A stretch of 36,743 nt of DNA from positions 1-36,743 of the IMG/VR virus record IMGVR_UViG_3300023214_000296, one strand, 5' to 3'. Of this stretch, positions 35,460 through 36,743 are shown piece by piece. Position 1 is the stretch's first letter. Every line of letters starts with the position of its first letter. The stretch is from a virus (Duplodnaviria; Caudoviricetes). A model generated the notes under the pieces. That model worked only from the letters and a program-made list of their open reading frames with translations. It did not search any database and was not told the DNA's origin. A program made the translations under genes and the position numbers.

Positions 35460-36743
35460 ATGGGATTACCATTTAGTTCAGTAATAACGTCTGGCGTAGA
35501 CGGACAAGAATTAGAATTGCCAACTTGGGGTAGGTGTTTATGGCAGGACCACCAAGATAGTGAACTAGTATGCTTGTTTGCTTCTGGAACCACAGAGGTT
35601 GATTTTGTTTATTCGCAGGATAGTGGGAACACGTGGAGTGCGCCACGGGTTGCTTTTTACGTAGATGATTTCTCAACACACAACAACTTCGATACAGCCA
35701 TGGACCCAGAAGGCAATATCCACTGTGCGCATCGCTACAATACCTCCGGTTGTTATACCACTCTTGGCAAAAACCACGTAAGTGGCGGATGGCAACAGTC
35801 TGGCGTAATTGGTAGGGGTTTCGTGGATGTAGACGACTCTGGGCCAGCAAAGGGTTTCAATGGGAGCATTGAGGTGACGCCAGAATTTGTTGGCGCGCCG
35901 AAGGTTGATGCTCCAGGCTCTTTCCCTGCCGTCAGGTTGGTCGCTAAAGACTCATCGCATGAAGTAAATATGTGGTATGTGGAAAATCCATATGGGACAT
36001 TTCCTACTCTAGACGATTTTTCACCAGGAAATGGAGTTTTTCCAGCGGGCGCCACTGGTGGCTATCCACTTTTTGATGCGGCTGGAGCGCCATCTGAAGG
36101 TCGCCAAATTATCTATTCTGTTGATTCTACTGGGATATGTCAACTAGGTCAGGATGGAGAGATTAGGGTAATTCCAGTTGATGACCCAGGGTCGTCAATA
36201 TATTCAGATGGTACGATTGAGGGCTCTGGATATGTCTCGCGCATTCCACTTGGTTCATCGATGACGAGAGTCGACACTAATGTTTTTTCTGGACCGAAAG
36301 ACGATAGTGGAGCGCCCATTTTTGATGCGGCGCAAAAATTAATTATTTTAAGTTCTGCTGATAATGTGAATGTTGAAGTCGAAGTCTTAGCTGCTCATAT
36401 AGAGAACCTTTTAACGGATGGAAAAGAGGATAGCGCCGCCAATATTACTAACGCCTTGGTTTCACTACCAAGTTCTGCAAAGTATTCCATTACCACGGAT
36501 GATGTAGATAGGGCTCCACTTCCCGGAAAGGTTCCTTGGAAATATCAAACAAACGACGTGGTGTCTTCGTTTTTTCCAGGAGATGTTTTTAGTAAAACTG
36601 GAGCTAGTGGAACATTAATAGACGCCTCTTGGGGGAATGAAGAAAATACAGTAATACTTTATTTTTGCCTTTATGAGCCAAACGGAGAGCAGGCTATTCA
36701 TAGATTAAAATGCGAGACCAAGAGAGATTGGATTGGCACCACA
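35460..36743 (+). CDS. Tail-associated protein with Asp-box (BNR) motif, 3'-truncated by window
   Basis: Hand translation MGLPFSSVITSG..YSQDSGNTWS..; no stop seen before window end. Confidence 0.7.
   Translation, partial: MGLPFSSVITSGVDGQELELPTWGRCLWQDHQDSELVCLFASGTTEVDFVYSQDSGNTWSAPRVAFYVDDFSTHNNFDTAMDPEGNIHCAHRYNTSGCYTTLGKNHVSGGWQQSGVIGRGFVDVDDSGPAKGFNGSIEVTPEFVGAPKVDAPGSFPAVRLVAKDSSHEVNMWYVENPYGTFPTLDDFSPGNGVFPAGATGGYPLFDAAGAPSEGRQIIYSVDSTGICQLGQDGEIRVIPVDDPGSSIYSDGTIEGSGYVSRIPLGSSMTRVDTNVFSGPKDDSGAPIFDAAQKLIILSSADNVNVEVEVLAAHIENLLTDGKEDSAANITNALVSLPSSAKYSITTDDVDRAPLPGKVPWKYQTNDVVSSFFPGDVFSKTGASGTLIDASWGNEENTVILYFCLYEPNGEQAIHRLKCETKRDWIGTT

Noticed and set aside
1-36743. tRNA/tmRNA genes, integrase, tail sheath, alternative genetic code
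   Set aside because: None recognised. Genes are densely packed under the standard code with all three stop codons in use.

Overview
Segment of a large tailed dsDNA bacteriophage genome (Caudoviricetes, probably siphovirus: tail tube and 2173-aa tape measure, no sheath seen). It has two compositionally distinct parts. (1) 1-~2100 is GC-rich (about 60-65% by eye) and transcribed leftward. It holds a near-consensus sigma54 promoter, a ~310-nt non-coding region that folds into a multi-stem pseudoknotted RNA, a GGA-rich tract, and small early-type ORFs. These ORFs are separated by a repeated hairpin element, and their Shine-Dalgarno sequences sit in hairpin loops. (2) ~2270-36743 is AT-richer (about 40-45% GC by eye) and transcribed rightward. 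It encodes a class II ribonucleotide reductase with a 121-aa mini-intein, a sigma-factor-like protein, an HNH endonuclease, a putative TerS, an ERCC4 nuclease and TerL with a LAGLIDADG intein. These are followed by portal, protease/scaffold, decoration and major capsid genes, a promoter-bearing HTH-nuclease-Mom fusion, neck and tail genes, the tape measure and a truncated Asp-box tail protein. Structural assignments rest on motifs and gene order, not database searches.
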